From the NCBI GenBank assembly GCA_016939365.1, contig JAFGHD010000112.1:162-64161 (forward strand): a DNA stretch of 64,000 nt, in the 5' to 3' direction. Under the pieces are notes generated by a model that saw only the letters and a list, made by a program, of their open reading frames with translations, was not told where the DNA came from and did not search any database. The translations under genes and the position numbers were made by a program. This stretch comes from Bacteroidales bacterium (GTDB lineage Bacteria; Bacteroidota; Bacteroidia; Bacteroidales; JAFGHD01). Numbering within the stretch: position 1 is the first letter of the stretch; each line of letters starts with the position of its first letter. Below, in pieces: positions 28,990 through 37,726 of the stretch.

Positions 28990-29790
28990 TCATGAAAACA
29001 ATCCGAAAGCCAGGGCAATCAACCCGATCAGGGCGCAATAGATGGCAAAATGGTAAAGTTTGCCTCTTTTAACGATACCGATCATCCACCTGCAGGCCAC
29101 GAGGCCTGAGATGAAGGCCCCAAGGAAGCCAATGATGAGAGGTGTCATCCCGACTCCCTGGCTGCTGCCGCGTTCCTCCTTAAACATGTCCAGGATGTTG
29201 GCGCCGATGATCGGCAGCAGTACCATGAGAAAAGAAAACCTTGCAATTTCGTCCCTGCGGTTTCCCAGGAGCAGGCCTGTAGAGATGGTTGCACCTGAAC
29301 GGGAAATCCCCGGGATCACGGCAATGGCCTGAGCAATACCGATGATCAGGGCATCCAGATACCCGATCCCCCGTTCACGGGGCCGCACGAGGTGCGTACC
29401 GGCCAGCAGTGCCGCTGTAATCAGAAGCATCGGCCCGACCAGCAGCAGATTACCGCTGAACATCGACTCCACCGTACCGGAGAGGGTCAATCCGACAACC
29501 AGAACAGGGATCATTGAAAAGAGCAACAGGGTCAGATACCGGGTTTCATCGTTCCAGCGCAGCATCAGGCTTGAACGCATAATGCTCCACAAATCCTTCC
29601 TGAACACGACAATGGTACTCAGGACAGTGGCCCCGTGCACCGTTACCGTAAAGATCAGGCTCCGCTCGGCTTCAATACCCAAAACCACCTTTCCCAGCTC
29701 AAGGTGCCCGCTGCTGCTTACCGGCAGAAACTCTGTCAGACCCTGCAGCAGCCCCAGTATTAATGCTTCCCACCAATCCATATATTGCAA
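28990..29790 (-). CDS. uppP: Undecaprenyl-diphosphate phosphatase
   Basis: 266 aa, polytopic. The BacA motifs are EFLPVSSSGHL and PGISRSG. Confidence 0.9.
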   Translation of the reverse strand: MQYMDWWEALILGLLQGLTEFLPVSSSGHLELGKVVLGIEAERSLIFTVTVHGATVLSTIVVFRKDLWSIMRSSLMLRWNDETRYLTLLLFSMIPVLVVGLTLSGTVESMFSGNLLLVGPMLLITAALLAGTHLVRPRERGIGYLDALIIGIAQAIAVIPGISRSGATISTGLLLGNRRDEIARFSFLMVLLPIIGANILDMFKEERGSSQGVGMTPLIIGFLGAFISGLVACRWMIGIVKRGKLYHFAIYCALIGLIALAFGLFS

Positions 29791-29848
29791 AAAAAACAGC
29801 AGAAGCGCTTACGGGCCTTGCTGTCGTTGGTTCCAGACTATTTTTTCA

Positions 29849-30166
29849 CTATTCCTTCGGCTTCTTCATGATCGCGAAAATCTCGATCACGTATCCTGCG
29901 ATCACCAGCAGGGGAGCAAGGGTGAGCCTGCGGAAATTGAAGATGTCTTCGCTGAACACATTCGGATCATCTGAACCTCCCCCGATCATCAGGAGGAATC
30001 CCAATGCAATGAAACCCAGACCTATCAGGAGCAACCGGTAATTCTCCCTCCCGAAGGCGAACCCACCTGTGATGGGCGGCGGTTGCTTCTGTTTTTCCTG
30101 AAGTTCTGACGACTTGACTTTCGCTTGTTTGATCATCTGCAAAACGATATGATGAACTGTTCCCAA
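29849..30166 (-). CDS. Small 2-TM membrane protein (DUF3098-like)
   Basis: 105 aa. It has two TM helices and sits between ftsX and uppP, the position DUF3098 genes occupy in Bacteroidota. Confidence 0.55.
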   Translation of the reverse strand: MGTVHHIVLQMIKQAKVKSSELQEKQKQPPPITGGFAFGRENYRLLLIGLGFIALGFLLMIGGGSDDPNVFSEDIFNFRRLTLAPLLVIAGYVIEIFAIMKKPKE

Positions 30167-30207
30167 AAGTAATCTATTTCAATGACATCTGGTTGCATAC
30201 CGGATTT

Positions 30208-31074
30208 CTAGTAATAGAGGCTGTCATCCCACACCCTGAGGTATTTTCTGACCGCCAGGTAATTGCTGAGCCAGGTGAGCAGGATACCGAGCAGGATCAC
30301 GATGCCGAAAAGGGATAGAAAAAGGTCGATATCCTGTAACTTCACCAGGTCAGGCAATTCCCTTTGGGATATGTAAATGATGCCTGAGAGGATGATGATG
30401 GCCAGCAGGGCGCTGATGAGCCCCTGTACGATACCCCTTATGATAAAAGGGCGGCTGATGAACTGCTGTGTGGCACCGACCAGCTGCATGCTCTTGATCA
30501 GGAAACGTTTCGAGTAGACCGAAAGCCTGATGGTGTTGTTGATCAGGGCAACGGAGATCACCAGCAACATGCCTGAGAATGCCAGGATGATGATGCCGAT
30601 CTTCCGGAGGTTTTTATTGATGGCGTCCACCAGCGACTCCTGATAAAAGACTTCCTTGACATTGCTGTCGGCCAGGATCTGCTCCTTGATGACCGCCAGA
30701 CTGTCGTTATTGGCATACTCGGCCCGGAACCGGACCTCAATGGTCGGCAGGAGGGGATTATATCCCAGGAAGCTGATGAAATCCTCCCCGATCTCTTCTG
30801 CCATCACACGGGCTGCCTGCTCGCGGGTGACATAATTGGTGGATTTCACATATCCTGAAGCATCGAGCATCTTCTGAAGCCTGATGATGCCGGCCTCCTT
30901 AACATTATCCTTCATGATCACGGAAAACCCGATGTTCTCCTTCACATAATCCGACAGTTTGCGGGCGTGAAGCAGTATCAGGCCAAGCAGGCCAAGGGTA
31001 AACAGCACCAGGGTGATGCTGACCACTGTGGTCAGGTAGGATCCGTGAAGCTTTTTCCTGGGGTTTTTATCCAT
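30208..31074 (-). CDS. ftsX: Cell-division ABC permease-like protein FtsX
   Basis: 288 aa. An N-terminal TM is followed by a periplasmic domain and three C-terminal TMs (FtsX topology). The conserved synteny supports the call. Confidence 0.75.
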   Translation of the reverse strand: MDKNPRKKLHGSYLTTVVSITLVLFTLGLLGLILLHARKLSDYVKENIGFSVIMKDNVKEAGIIRLQKMLDASGYVKSTNYVTREQAARVMAEEIGEDFISFLGYNPLLPTIEVRFRAEYANNDSLAVIKEQILADSNVKEVFYQESLVDAINKNLRKIGIIILAFSGMLLVISVALINNTIRLSVYSKRFLIKSMQLVGATQQFISRPFIIRGIVQGLISALLAIIILSGIIYISQRELPDLVKLQDIDLFLSLFGIVILLGILLTWLSNYLAVRKYLRVWDDSLYY

Positions 31075-31102
31075 CGTTAAGTCCGCAACCGCATTTCTGA
31101 TA

Positions 31103-31110
31103 CAAAAATA
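31103..31110 (-). promoter_or_regulatory. Bacteroidota -7 promoter box (TAttTTTG on the minus strand)
   Basis: The plus strand reads caaaaata, 29 nt upstream of the ftsX ATG at 31074. Confidence 0.45.
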
Positions 31111-31156
31111 GGAAAAGAAAGACGGGATACGTCTTTTTCCATGCCTTTATAGCCAT

Positions 31157-31164
31157 TATCTTTG
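31157..31164 (+). promoter_or_regulatory. Bacteroidota -7 promoter box (TAtcTTTG)
   Basis: tatctttg ends 9 nt before the ATG at 31173, which implies a leaderless or near-leaderless mRNA. Confidence 0.45.
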
Positions 31165-31172
31165 CAGGTGAC

Positions 31173-31613
31173 ATGGTGAGGGTGAGCTCCTTCGGCACGG
31201 ACGATACGCTACAGTACCGGTTATCGCTGGATATCCGCAGGGAGGTGTTCATCCGTGAGCAAAATGTCCCTCCCGGGCTGGAGTGTGAAAATGAGGAGGA
31301 AGCCAGGTATTACCTGGTTTATCACAGGGATATTCCCGTGGGCACAGGCCGGTGGAGGAATACTCCTGACGGGATCAAGCTGGAGCGTTTTGCTGTATTG
31401 CCCGGCTTCAGAAACATTGGATTGGGAAGCGTCTTGCTGAACCAGGTGATGAAGGACATCATCCCGATGCATAAAAAGATATACCTCCATTCGCAGGTCA
31501 GGGCCGTTGAATGGTACATGCGGGCAGGATTCCGGCCGGAAGGCAGGCCATTTGAGGAAGCCGGCATCATTCACTACCTGATGATATGGAACCCGCAGGA
31601 AAGAGATCGCTGA
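31173..31613 (+). CDS. GNAT-family N-acetyltransferase
   Basis: 146 aa. The acetyl-CoA motif A is FRNIGLGSVLLNQV, and the length is typical of the GNAT fold. Confidence 0.8.
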   Translation: MVRVSSFGTDDTLQYRLSLDIRREVFIREQNVPPGLECENEEEARYYLVYHRDIPVGTGRWRNTPDGIKLERFAVLPGFRNIGLGSVLLNQVMKDIIPMHKKIYLHSQVRAVEWYMRAGFRPEGRPFEEAGIIHYLMIWNPQERDR

Positions 31614-31778
31614 TTCCGGAATGAACTGACCCGCCACAGTAAGAGACCCTTGGTATTATTTTTTGCAGGGCAAAGGAGCTGAAAAATGTATCCTGCGAGC
31701 CAGAGTATCTGCGCAAGTGGTCCATATTCGGCAATTTTTACGAAATAAGAAGGCATTCATAATCAAAAGCCCAATTAT

Positions 31779-31972
31779 CTGACGGAAATCAGATTTACAA
31801 ATTTAAACTGTCTGATTTCGTCAGTTTTAAAATTCAGGCATTTATCGTCTGAAATATGCTGATCTGTAAGATTTTGATTCGCCTGCCTGTCATGCCTTCG
31901 ACCTGTCTTCCTCCAGGAAGGCAGATAAATCGTTGGACAGGGAGACAGGCAAAATCAAACAGCATCAGTATA
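31779..31972 (+). repeat. Two-hairpin intergenic repeat, copy B
   Basis: It has the same blocks as 4700-4840 in the same orientation. Hairpin 1 pairs ctgacgGAAATCAGA with TCTGATTTCgtcag (14 bp with a 1-nt bulge) around the conserved 17-nt loop tttacaaatttaaactg. Hairpin 2 is a long imperfect inverted repeat, atgctgatctg...gcctgtc paired with gacaggc...cagcatcag. It carries extra internal sequence relative to copy A. Confidence 0.8.
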
Positions 31973-32203
31973 ACTTTATATCGTAAACCTTTCATCGACG
32001 ATCCACGATAATGATTGAGCCTGCTCCGAAAACAAAAAATTGATGATATAGCTACTAAAGCTTAAAAACCTGCTTGCCTGGCCTGCAGAGCTAACTTTAA
32101 AACAGGAAGGCATAAAAATTCAAAAATGACTCACAATCAAATATATATTTGGTGATTTTTCGTGTTTTCGTGTTTTTGTGGCAAAAAAATTTTCGGAGCG
32201 TGC

Positions 32204-33757
32204 TCATGATTTAAAGATCTTTATAACCGTTCGTTCCCCATTCACTTCTATTTTCAGAAAATACAAGCCAGTTGAAAAATTACTCATGTCGAATGTTTCT
32301 TCAAAGGAATCGCTGCAATTCTCCTTCCGTGAGATTAAAAGTAACCGGCCATATAAATCACAAACGGAAAAAACAAGGGAATGGCAACAGCGATTCTTGC
32401 AGGCAACGGTAAAGAAGGAATTGAACGGATTGGGTTGAATCCTGACATCCCATGTGTTCGGATAATTATTATGAATGCTGCCCGGCATACCCTGAGGCAT
32501 CCAATAATTGCCTGAAAGAACAAGCATGCAGAGCAGTTTCAGGGTATTGTCGTAATATTCATAATCCTGCAATTCAAGTGTAAGCAGGAACGTGTAAGCC
32601 TCATTCAGCCAGCTTTGATTTGTAACATCTGCCATGGCAGCCACTGTAAATGGCCCGACAAAAGCTCCCGATTCATAATTATTGCCCGGGATATCTCCAC
32701 CATTTAACAAATAACCTGCATGGATATTTTCCGGATTGCCTCCGGTTTTCTCCTTGATCCATGTGTTCATTTTTTGTATGATGTTTTTGCCTCGCATATC
32801 GCCTGAAGTCAGATGATCTGTCGTAATTCTCAGGGGAGTGCGGCAGGCGTTGTAGTAAAAATCACCGTCATATTCACTTTCCAGGTAAAAGGGTGCGGCC
32901 GGATGGGGATAGGAAGCGATATCCACGACAAAATCAGGCAGCAAGCCCGTGACCGGGGAAAAATTTGTCTGTATTGCACTGGCAGTTGTGTAGCATTTGT
33001 TGATGATATTATTCCAGTCATTATCCCCGGTGGCATATTGAAAAGCACGAAAATGGTCCATCATGAAATCGGAAGGCCGGGAATCATCATATTCAATACT
33101 TCCGCTGGTAACCCAATCTCCAAGTATGGGGATCCATAATCCGGGATTCACATCATCCTGTTTGATGGCATTGATCATCGCACTGGCTTCTGAAAGATAA
33201 TTGATACTGCCGGCACTACCCCATTGTTTATCAGCAAGAAGGAGGGCAAAGGCTATATCCAGGTCACCATCGGTTGCTGAATTGTCGCCTCCGTCCGGAT
33301 CATTGATACAGCCAGTTATCTGGTTCCAGGCCATCAGGTGATCATTATTCACACTTGGATGGGCTTTGTAATAACGGTACAAACCGTCAAAGTAGACCTT
33401 TGCATATGGGTCATACCCTGCCATGTAGGCTGCTATCATCATGCCGTAACCCTGTCCTTCGGAGACACAAATACTATTGTTGGATGATATTTCGTCAAAC
33501 CACACATAATACTGGTCAGCACCGCAGTCATCTTTCAGATAGACGGCTTTCCACTGGTCGTAAAAAGCGCTCACTGAATTATCCAATTGCGACTGGTCAT
33601 AATTATCCGGCTTTATTGTACCAGAAGTATATGTTACATGCTGCGGAAACGGTTTCTGGGGTGATTGAGAATGAACATTGGGAATAAACACTACCAGAAG
33701 CAGCCATGCAAACAAAATTTCCCATTTGTATTTTGTGGTAATCTGCTTTTTTTTCAT
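32204..33757 (-). CDS. Glycoside hydrolase family 8 (endoglucanase/chitosanase/xylanase-type) with a T9SS C-terminal sorting domain
   Basis: 517 aa. The signal peptide is ...IPNVHS|QSP. ATDGDLDIAFALLLADKQW fits the GH8 signature A-[ST]-D-[AG]-D-x2-[IM]-A-x-[SA]-[LIVM]-[LIVMG]-x-A-x3-[FW]. SEGQGYGMM provides the acid catalyst context. The C-terminus GLYFLKIEVNGERTVIKIFKS is typical of a T9SS CTD. Confidence 0.85.
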   Translation of the reverse strand: MKKKQITTKYKWEILFAWLLLVVFIPNVHSQSPQKPFPQHVTYTSGTIKPDNYDQSQLDNSVSAFYDQWKAVYLKDDCGADQYYVWFDEISSNNSICVSEGQGYGMMIAAYMAGYDPYAKVYFDGLYRYYKAHPSVNNDHLMAWNQITGCINDPDGGDNSATDGDLDIAFALLLADKQWGSAGSINYLSEASAMINAIKQDDVNPGLWIPILGDWVTSGSIEYDDSRPSDFMMDHFRAFQYATGDNDWNNIINKCYTTASAIQTNFSPVTGLLPDFVVDIASYPHPAAPFYLESEYDGDFYYNACRTPLRITTDHLTSGDMRGKNIIQKMNTWIKEKTGGNPENIHAGYLLNGGDIPGNNYESGAFVGPFTVAAMADVTNQSWLNEAYTFLLTLELQDYEYYDNTLKLLCMLVLSGNYWMPQGMPGSIHNNYPNTWDVRIQPNPFNSFFTVACKNRCCHSLVFSVCDLYGRLLLISRKENCSDSFEETFDMSNFSTGLYFLKIEVNGERTVIKIFKS

Positions 33758-34382
33758 GACAACCTGTTTTAAATTGATTACTCATGACATCAACAGATGG
33801 ATTGGAAAGAAAATCTGTCTCCCGGTAAAATTCCCAAGGCCATCATGTTACCGGCAAACGGAACACATTTCTCATGAAAAACCGGGTAGAATACTGTCAT
33901 TGATCATGGATATAAAGTTACAGAAACAAGCCCCATGAAATCAACAGGGATCTGATTAATTTTTTGCTTCAGAAGGAATAGGCGCTCCAGACAAAGAGAT
34001 GATGGTGTGTGTCCGTCCGTCTCCCAGGATCATCACCGGGGCTGCGATAATTCAGCAAAGGCCAGTCTCAGGGCTTTTGATCCCTCCTTCGGTTACGCAT
34101 GTGCTCCCAAGTCAGGGATCTCAGGAATATTATCGCTAACAAACCATGGGAGTCAAAGAGGCAAACCGATCCAGCCGTTCTGTCTAATTTTTCAGGCATC
34201 GCGCTGTGAAGGCCTACTTACAAGGGATGAAGAAAGGGCCGCTGCCCGTAATTGAACGACGCATAAAATCAACATGAGCCTTATTCATAACCTTTACAAA
34301 TAACAGATTGGTGGCTCTACTTGATGTTAATTGCTTTATCTGGCCGTGCATTTTTAAAGAAACCTAACCAAAAACTAACACA

Positions 34383-35039
34383 ATGAAAAGAACATTGATC
34401 GTGGCTGCGATGGTTCTGATGGGAATCACGATGCTGAATGCACAGGAAACAATGAAATCCGGGGCCGGCAATTTCACTGCTGAAGTCGAATTCCGTCCCC
34501 TGAGCGCCAACCCCGTGAACCTTACCTACTTCAGGGGAAGGTATTTTGCTTCAGATGACCTGGCGATACGCATTGGGGTCAACTTCAACATGAGAAGTTA
34601 CAAATCGGAGCCCAACGGAGATGATGAACTCAAGAGAAACACCCTGATGTTCGGTATCTATCCCGGTTTTGAAAAGCATTTCGGGGATATGAGCCGGCTC
34701 TCTCCCTATATCGGTGGTGAGCTGGGAGTAGCCGTAAAGAGCTCAAAGGACCTTTACACCGATGCCAATAACGATGAGACAGAATATACCGGTGCCTGGA
34801 GCGATGGTTCCGAAAGAGGATTCCTGTCGTTCGGTGTAAATTTTCTGGCAGGTACGGATTTCTATTTCGGCAAACATGTGTTCCTGGGAGTGGAGATGGG
34901 GTTCGGTGTGATGTCAGTAACCGATTCAGAAGTCTCGATGGACGCGCCGGGTGGAGATCAGACCCTGGCTGAAAAGGAGAATTATATGGAGGTCGGGGTG
35001 AACTTCAATCCAGCCCTCCGTCTCGGATTTGCATTTTAG
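34383..35039 (+). CDS. Outer-membrane beta-barrel protein (small porin/OmpW-like fold)
   Basis: 218 aa. The signal peptide is ...ITMLNA|QET. It shows alternating amphipathic strands and a C-terminal aromatic residue (LRLGFAF). Confidence 0.65.
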   Translation: MKRTLIVAAMVLMGITMLNAQETMKSGAGNFTAEVEFRPLSANPVNLTYFRGRYFASDDLAIRIGVNFNMRSYKSEPNGDDELKRNTLMFGIYPGFEKHFGDMSRLSPYIGGELGVAVKSSKDLYTDANNDETEYTGAWSDGSERGFLSFGVNFLAGTDFYFGKHVFLGVEMGFGVMSVTDSEVSMDAPGGDQTLAEKENYMEVGVNFNPALRLGFAF

Positions 35040-35147
35040 CATTTATCCGGTTGCCGGGGCTGCGCCTTTTAGTGGATCATTATACCTTCCTTTTGTCAGG
35101 AGGCGGTTCCGGCAATCCCAAAATCATTTCCTCTTAAACCGGAAATC

Positions 35148-36107
35148 ATGAAAAAACCGATATTGCTGTTATGTTTACTGGCTGTCCTCTCCTTCAGCCC
35201 CGGTTGCGACAAGCAGGATGGCATCCGGGAGGATGCTCAGCCAAAGGAATTGAAGCATAAAGGATTCCCATACTCTTTTTCTTCCGGATACCATGCCCTC
35301 GGCCGGGTTTTTGCCCACATGCCTCCTGAGGTACTTTTTTCTGCAGGACGGGATCCCCATTTTACTCAGGGACAGCAGGGCTGGACTTTTTCCGGAGGAG
35401 GCGGCAACGGGTCGGAACCCGTTATTCCCGACTTACCCACAGGTTGCCTGATTTCACAACTGGGTTACCCAATGGCAGGTGACTACGGATGGGCTTTCAA
35501 TTATAGTGGATCCTACCGGCTGGAAAGCATCACCATCTATGAAGATGATTTCGTCGCTGATATCATCTTTTCCCATGGCCCGGGAGGACGTATCACGGGA
35601 TATGAAATATGGGAAGAAGGTGAAAAGTTCATCCAGATGACCTATACCTACGATGGCAACGGACGGGTCATTTCTGCAAGGGAAGAGGTGTCCGGGGGTG
35701 AGGTCTATAATTATTCCCACCAGTACAACCCGTCCGGTCAGTTGATCCGCATCAGTACAGATGCTTACGGAATAGAAATTGAATATACCTACTCGGGTGA
35801 CAATGTGGTCAAGGAAGTATCCACATCCAGCCTTGTTTCTGAGCCGATCATTACCATCTACCGCCAGTTTGACAATGCCTATAATTTCCTGCGGCCACTG
35901 AATGTCCCCCAGCCCTTCTATGATTCCTTCCTGGCGGCATGGATGCTCTCACGGAACAACATTGTAGAGGAAACGGAAATCTATTATGGCGGAGACACCT
36001 ACTATACGGATTACTATTACACCTACAATTCAGAGGGATATCCCAGTTTCTTCGGTTCCAGCGAGGAGGACACGGGCCCCATTGAATACATCAACTGCAG
36101 CAAATAG
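35148..36107 (+). CDS. Lipoprotein with YD-repeat-like units
   Basis: 319 aa with lipobox SFSPGC. Repeats include TYTYDGNGRVISA, YNYSHQYNPSGQLIRIS and EYTYSGDNVVKEV, which resemble RHS/YD beta-hairpin repeats. Confidence 0.55.
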   Translation: MKKPILLLCLLAVLSFSPGCDKQDGIREDAQPKELKHKGFPYSFSSGYHALGRVFAHMPPEVLFSAGRDPHFTQGQQGWTFSGGGGNGSEPVIPDLPTGCLISQLGYPMAGDYGWAFNYSGSYRLESITIYEDDFVADIIFSHGPGGRITGYEIWEEGEKFIQMTYTYDGNGRVISAREEVSGGEVYNYSHQYNPSGQLIRISTDAYGIEIEYTYSGDNVVKEVSTSSLVSEPIITIYRQFDNAYNFLRPLNVPQPFYDSFLAAWMLSRNNIVEETEIYYGGDTYYTDYYYTYNSEGYPSFFGSSEEDTGPIEYINCSK

Positions 36108-36128
36108 CAGGCGAATGACGGGTAAGAG

Positions 36129-36160
36129 AAGCCGGAGATCAAAAACCTCCGGTTTTTTTT
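36129..36160 (+). terminator. Rho-independent terminator
   Basis: aagccggag pairs with ctccggttt (9 bp including one G-U) around loop atcaaaaac. A run of eight T follows (36153-36160). Confidence 0.7.
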
Positions 36161-36206
36161 ACTCCCGAAGTGCAGCGAACCGGTATCTATCAGAGGCCTT
36201 TGCCGG

Positions 36207-36854
36207 TTACATGTGCTTCATCATTTCTGCCACCACATGATCCGCGCCCTCTGCGATCTGAAGGATATCCGCATCCAGCATATAGCAGGGTGTGGTGAAC
36301 ACCTTCCTTTGCAGGTCAGTGACCACATCACCATGGCCGGTCTTTTTATGCCGGGCTCCCATTTTTTCCACTGCAGCTGCAGTACCGGTATCCTGTCCGA
36401 TGGTCACTTCCACATTCCCCAAAACCCTTGCCAATATCACCGGTGAAATGCAGAGGGCACCAATGGGCTTTCCCAGTGATGCCATCTTCCGGATGGTCTG
36501 TTCCACATCCTTATTGACATCACAGGCCTCACCCCTGAAGGCGAAATCGCACAGGTTCTTGGCGGCTCCGAACCCGCCGGGAAAGATCAGGGCATCGAAC
36601 TCACCGGGATTGAATTCCTTCAGATCTCTGATGTTGCCTCGTGCGATCCGTGCGGATTCCACCAGCACATTCCGGGTTTCCGGCATCTCCTGGCCAGTAA
36701 GATGATTGATCACATGATGCTGGGGTATATCCGGGGCAAAGACCTGATAGTCCGCCCCATGTTTTTTGATGGCCCACAGGGTCAGGGTGGCTTCGTGAAT
36801 CTCGGCACCGTCAAATACACCGCAGCCCGAAAGAACTACCGCAAATTTCCTCAT
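36207..36854 (-). CDS. elbB: DJ-1/PfpI-family glyoxalase ElbB
   Basis: 215 aa. It begins MRKFAVVLSGCGVFDGAEIHEATLTL and contains FPGGFGAAKNL and GALCISP (nucleophile elbow Cys). Confidence 0.8.
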   Translation of the reverse strand: MRKFAVVLSGCGVFDGAEIHEATLTLWAIKKHGADYQVFAPDIPQHHVINHLTGQEMPETRNVLVESARIARGNIRDLKEFNPGEFDALIFPGGFGAAKNLCDFAFRGEACDVNKDVEQTIRKMASLGKPIGALCISPVILARVLGNVEVTIGQDTGTAAAVEKMGARHKKTGHGDVVTDLQRKVFTTPCYMLDADILQIAEGADHVVAEMMKHM

Positions 36855-36917
36855 GATTCATTGCTTTTTATGGTGTTTGTGCGAAGATAAGGATTTTCCA
36901 CCTCCGTTCAAAACATG

Positions 36918-36925
36918 TAATTTTG
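36918..36925 (+). promoter_or_regulatory. Bacteroidota -7 promoter box (TAatTTTG)
   Basis: taattttg lies 18 nt upstream of the ATG at 36943. Because it sits inside the longer ORF-track call (36853), it argues for the downstream start. Confidence 0.45.
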
Positions 36926-36942
36926 CGGTTAAACCGGATGGT

Positions 36943-37722
36943 ATGAAAACCAAGGCGGATATTGTGGCCAACTGGCTGCCCCGTTATACGGCCCTGCCTT
37001 TGGCGGAGTTCGGGGAGTACATTCTTCTGACCAATTTCCTGCAATATGTGGAGCTATTCGCTTCCTGGCACGGGGTACCTGTCCGGGGCGTGGACAGGCC
37101 TATGCCCAATGCCACTGCAGACATGATCACCATCATCAACTTTAATATGGGAAGTGCGAATGCGGCCACCATCATGGATCTTCTGGGGGCTGTCAAGCCC
37201 GGAGCAGTGCTTTTCCTTGGCAAATGCGGCGGCCTGAAGATAAAAAACCAGCTGGGTGATCTGATCCTTCCCATTGCAGCCATTCGCGGTGAAGGAACCT
37301 CCAACGACTACCTGCCTCCTGAAGTGCCTGCCCTGCCGGCCTTCAGCCTGCAAAAGGCCATTTCCACCACCATCAGGGATCATGGCAGGGATTACTGGAC
37401 AGGTACCATTTACACCACCAACAGAAGGGTCTGGGAGCACGACGAACAGTTCAAGGAATACCTCCGAAAAACCCGTTGCATGGCCATTGACCTGGAGACA
37501 GCCACACTGTTTACGGTAGGTTTTGCCAATCATATCCCGACAGGAGCCCTGCTACTCGTCACCGATCAACCTATGATCTCCTCAGGTGTGAAAACCGAAG
37601 AGAGTGACAGGCAGGTGACAAAAGATTTTGTAGAGGCACATCTGAGAATCGGTATTGATTCCCTGAAACAGTTGATACATAATGGCCTGACAGTAAAACA
37701 CCTGAGATTCGACGATTATTGA
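36943..37722 (+). CDS. Nucleoside phosphorylase-fold protein (short AMP nucleosidase-like, PNP_UDP_1 family)
   Basis: The ORF track starts it at 36853, with a Cys-rich, unlikely N-terminus that overlaps elbB. I prefer Met31 (MKTKADIV...), giving 259 aa. The PNP_UDP-like core is FLGKCGGL...AAIRGEGTS...MAIDLETA. Confidence 0.6.
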   Translation: MKTKADIVANWLPRYTALPLAEFGEYILLTNFLQYVELFASWHGVPVRGVDRPMPNATADMITIINFNMGSANAATIMDLLGAVKPGAVLFLGKCGGLKIKNQLGDLILPIAAIRGEGTSNDYLPPEVPALPAFSLQKAISTTIRDHGRDYWTGTIYTTNRRVWEHDEQFKEYLRKTRCMAIDLETATLFTVGFANHIPTGALLLVTDQPMISSGVKTEESDRQVTKDFVEAHLRIGIDSLKQLIHNGLTVKHLRFDDY

Positions 37723-37726
37723 TCTC

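Noticed and set aside
32157-32190. A short tandem reiteration, ttttcgtg ttttcgtg tttttgtg, near the GH8 stop. I considered it as a possible mini-repeat or CRISPR-like signal.
   Set aside because: It has only three 8-nt units with no spacers and no cas genes. It is consistent with simple slippage in AT-rich spacer DNA.
34140-34175. The string gtcaaagaggcaaaccgatccagcc, which resembles the ...AGAGAGCAAACCGCCGATGGCC... segment of bacterial RNase P RNA
   Set aside because: The universally conserved RNase P elements (GGAAAGTCCGG of P4 and the ACAGAAnCCGGCTTA 3' strand) are absent from the surrounding 600 bp on either strand. The resemblance is probably coincidental.
36853-36942. The longer start for the nucleoside-phosphorylase-like gene (ORF-track ATG at 36853)
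   Set aside because: The extension encodes MIHCFLWCLCEDKDFPPPFKTCNF, overlaps the divergent elbB start, and contains the TAatTTTG promoter box at 36918-36925. The ATG at 36943 is preferred.
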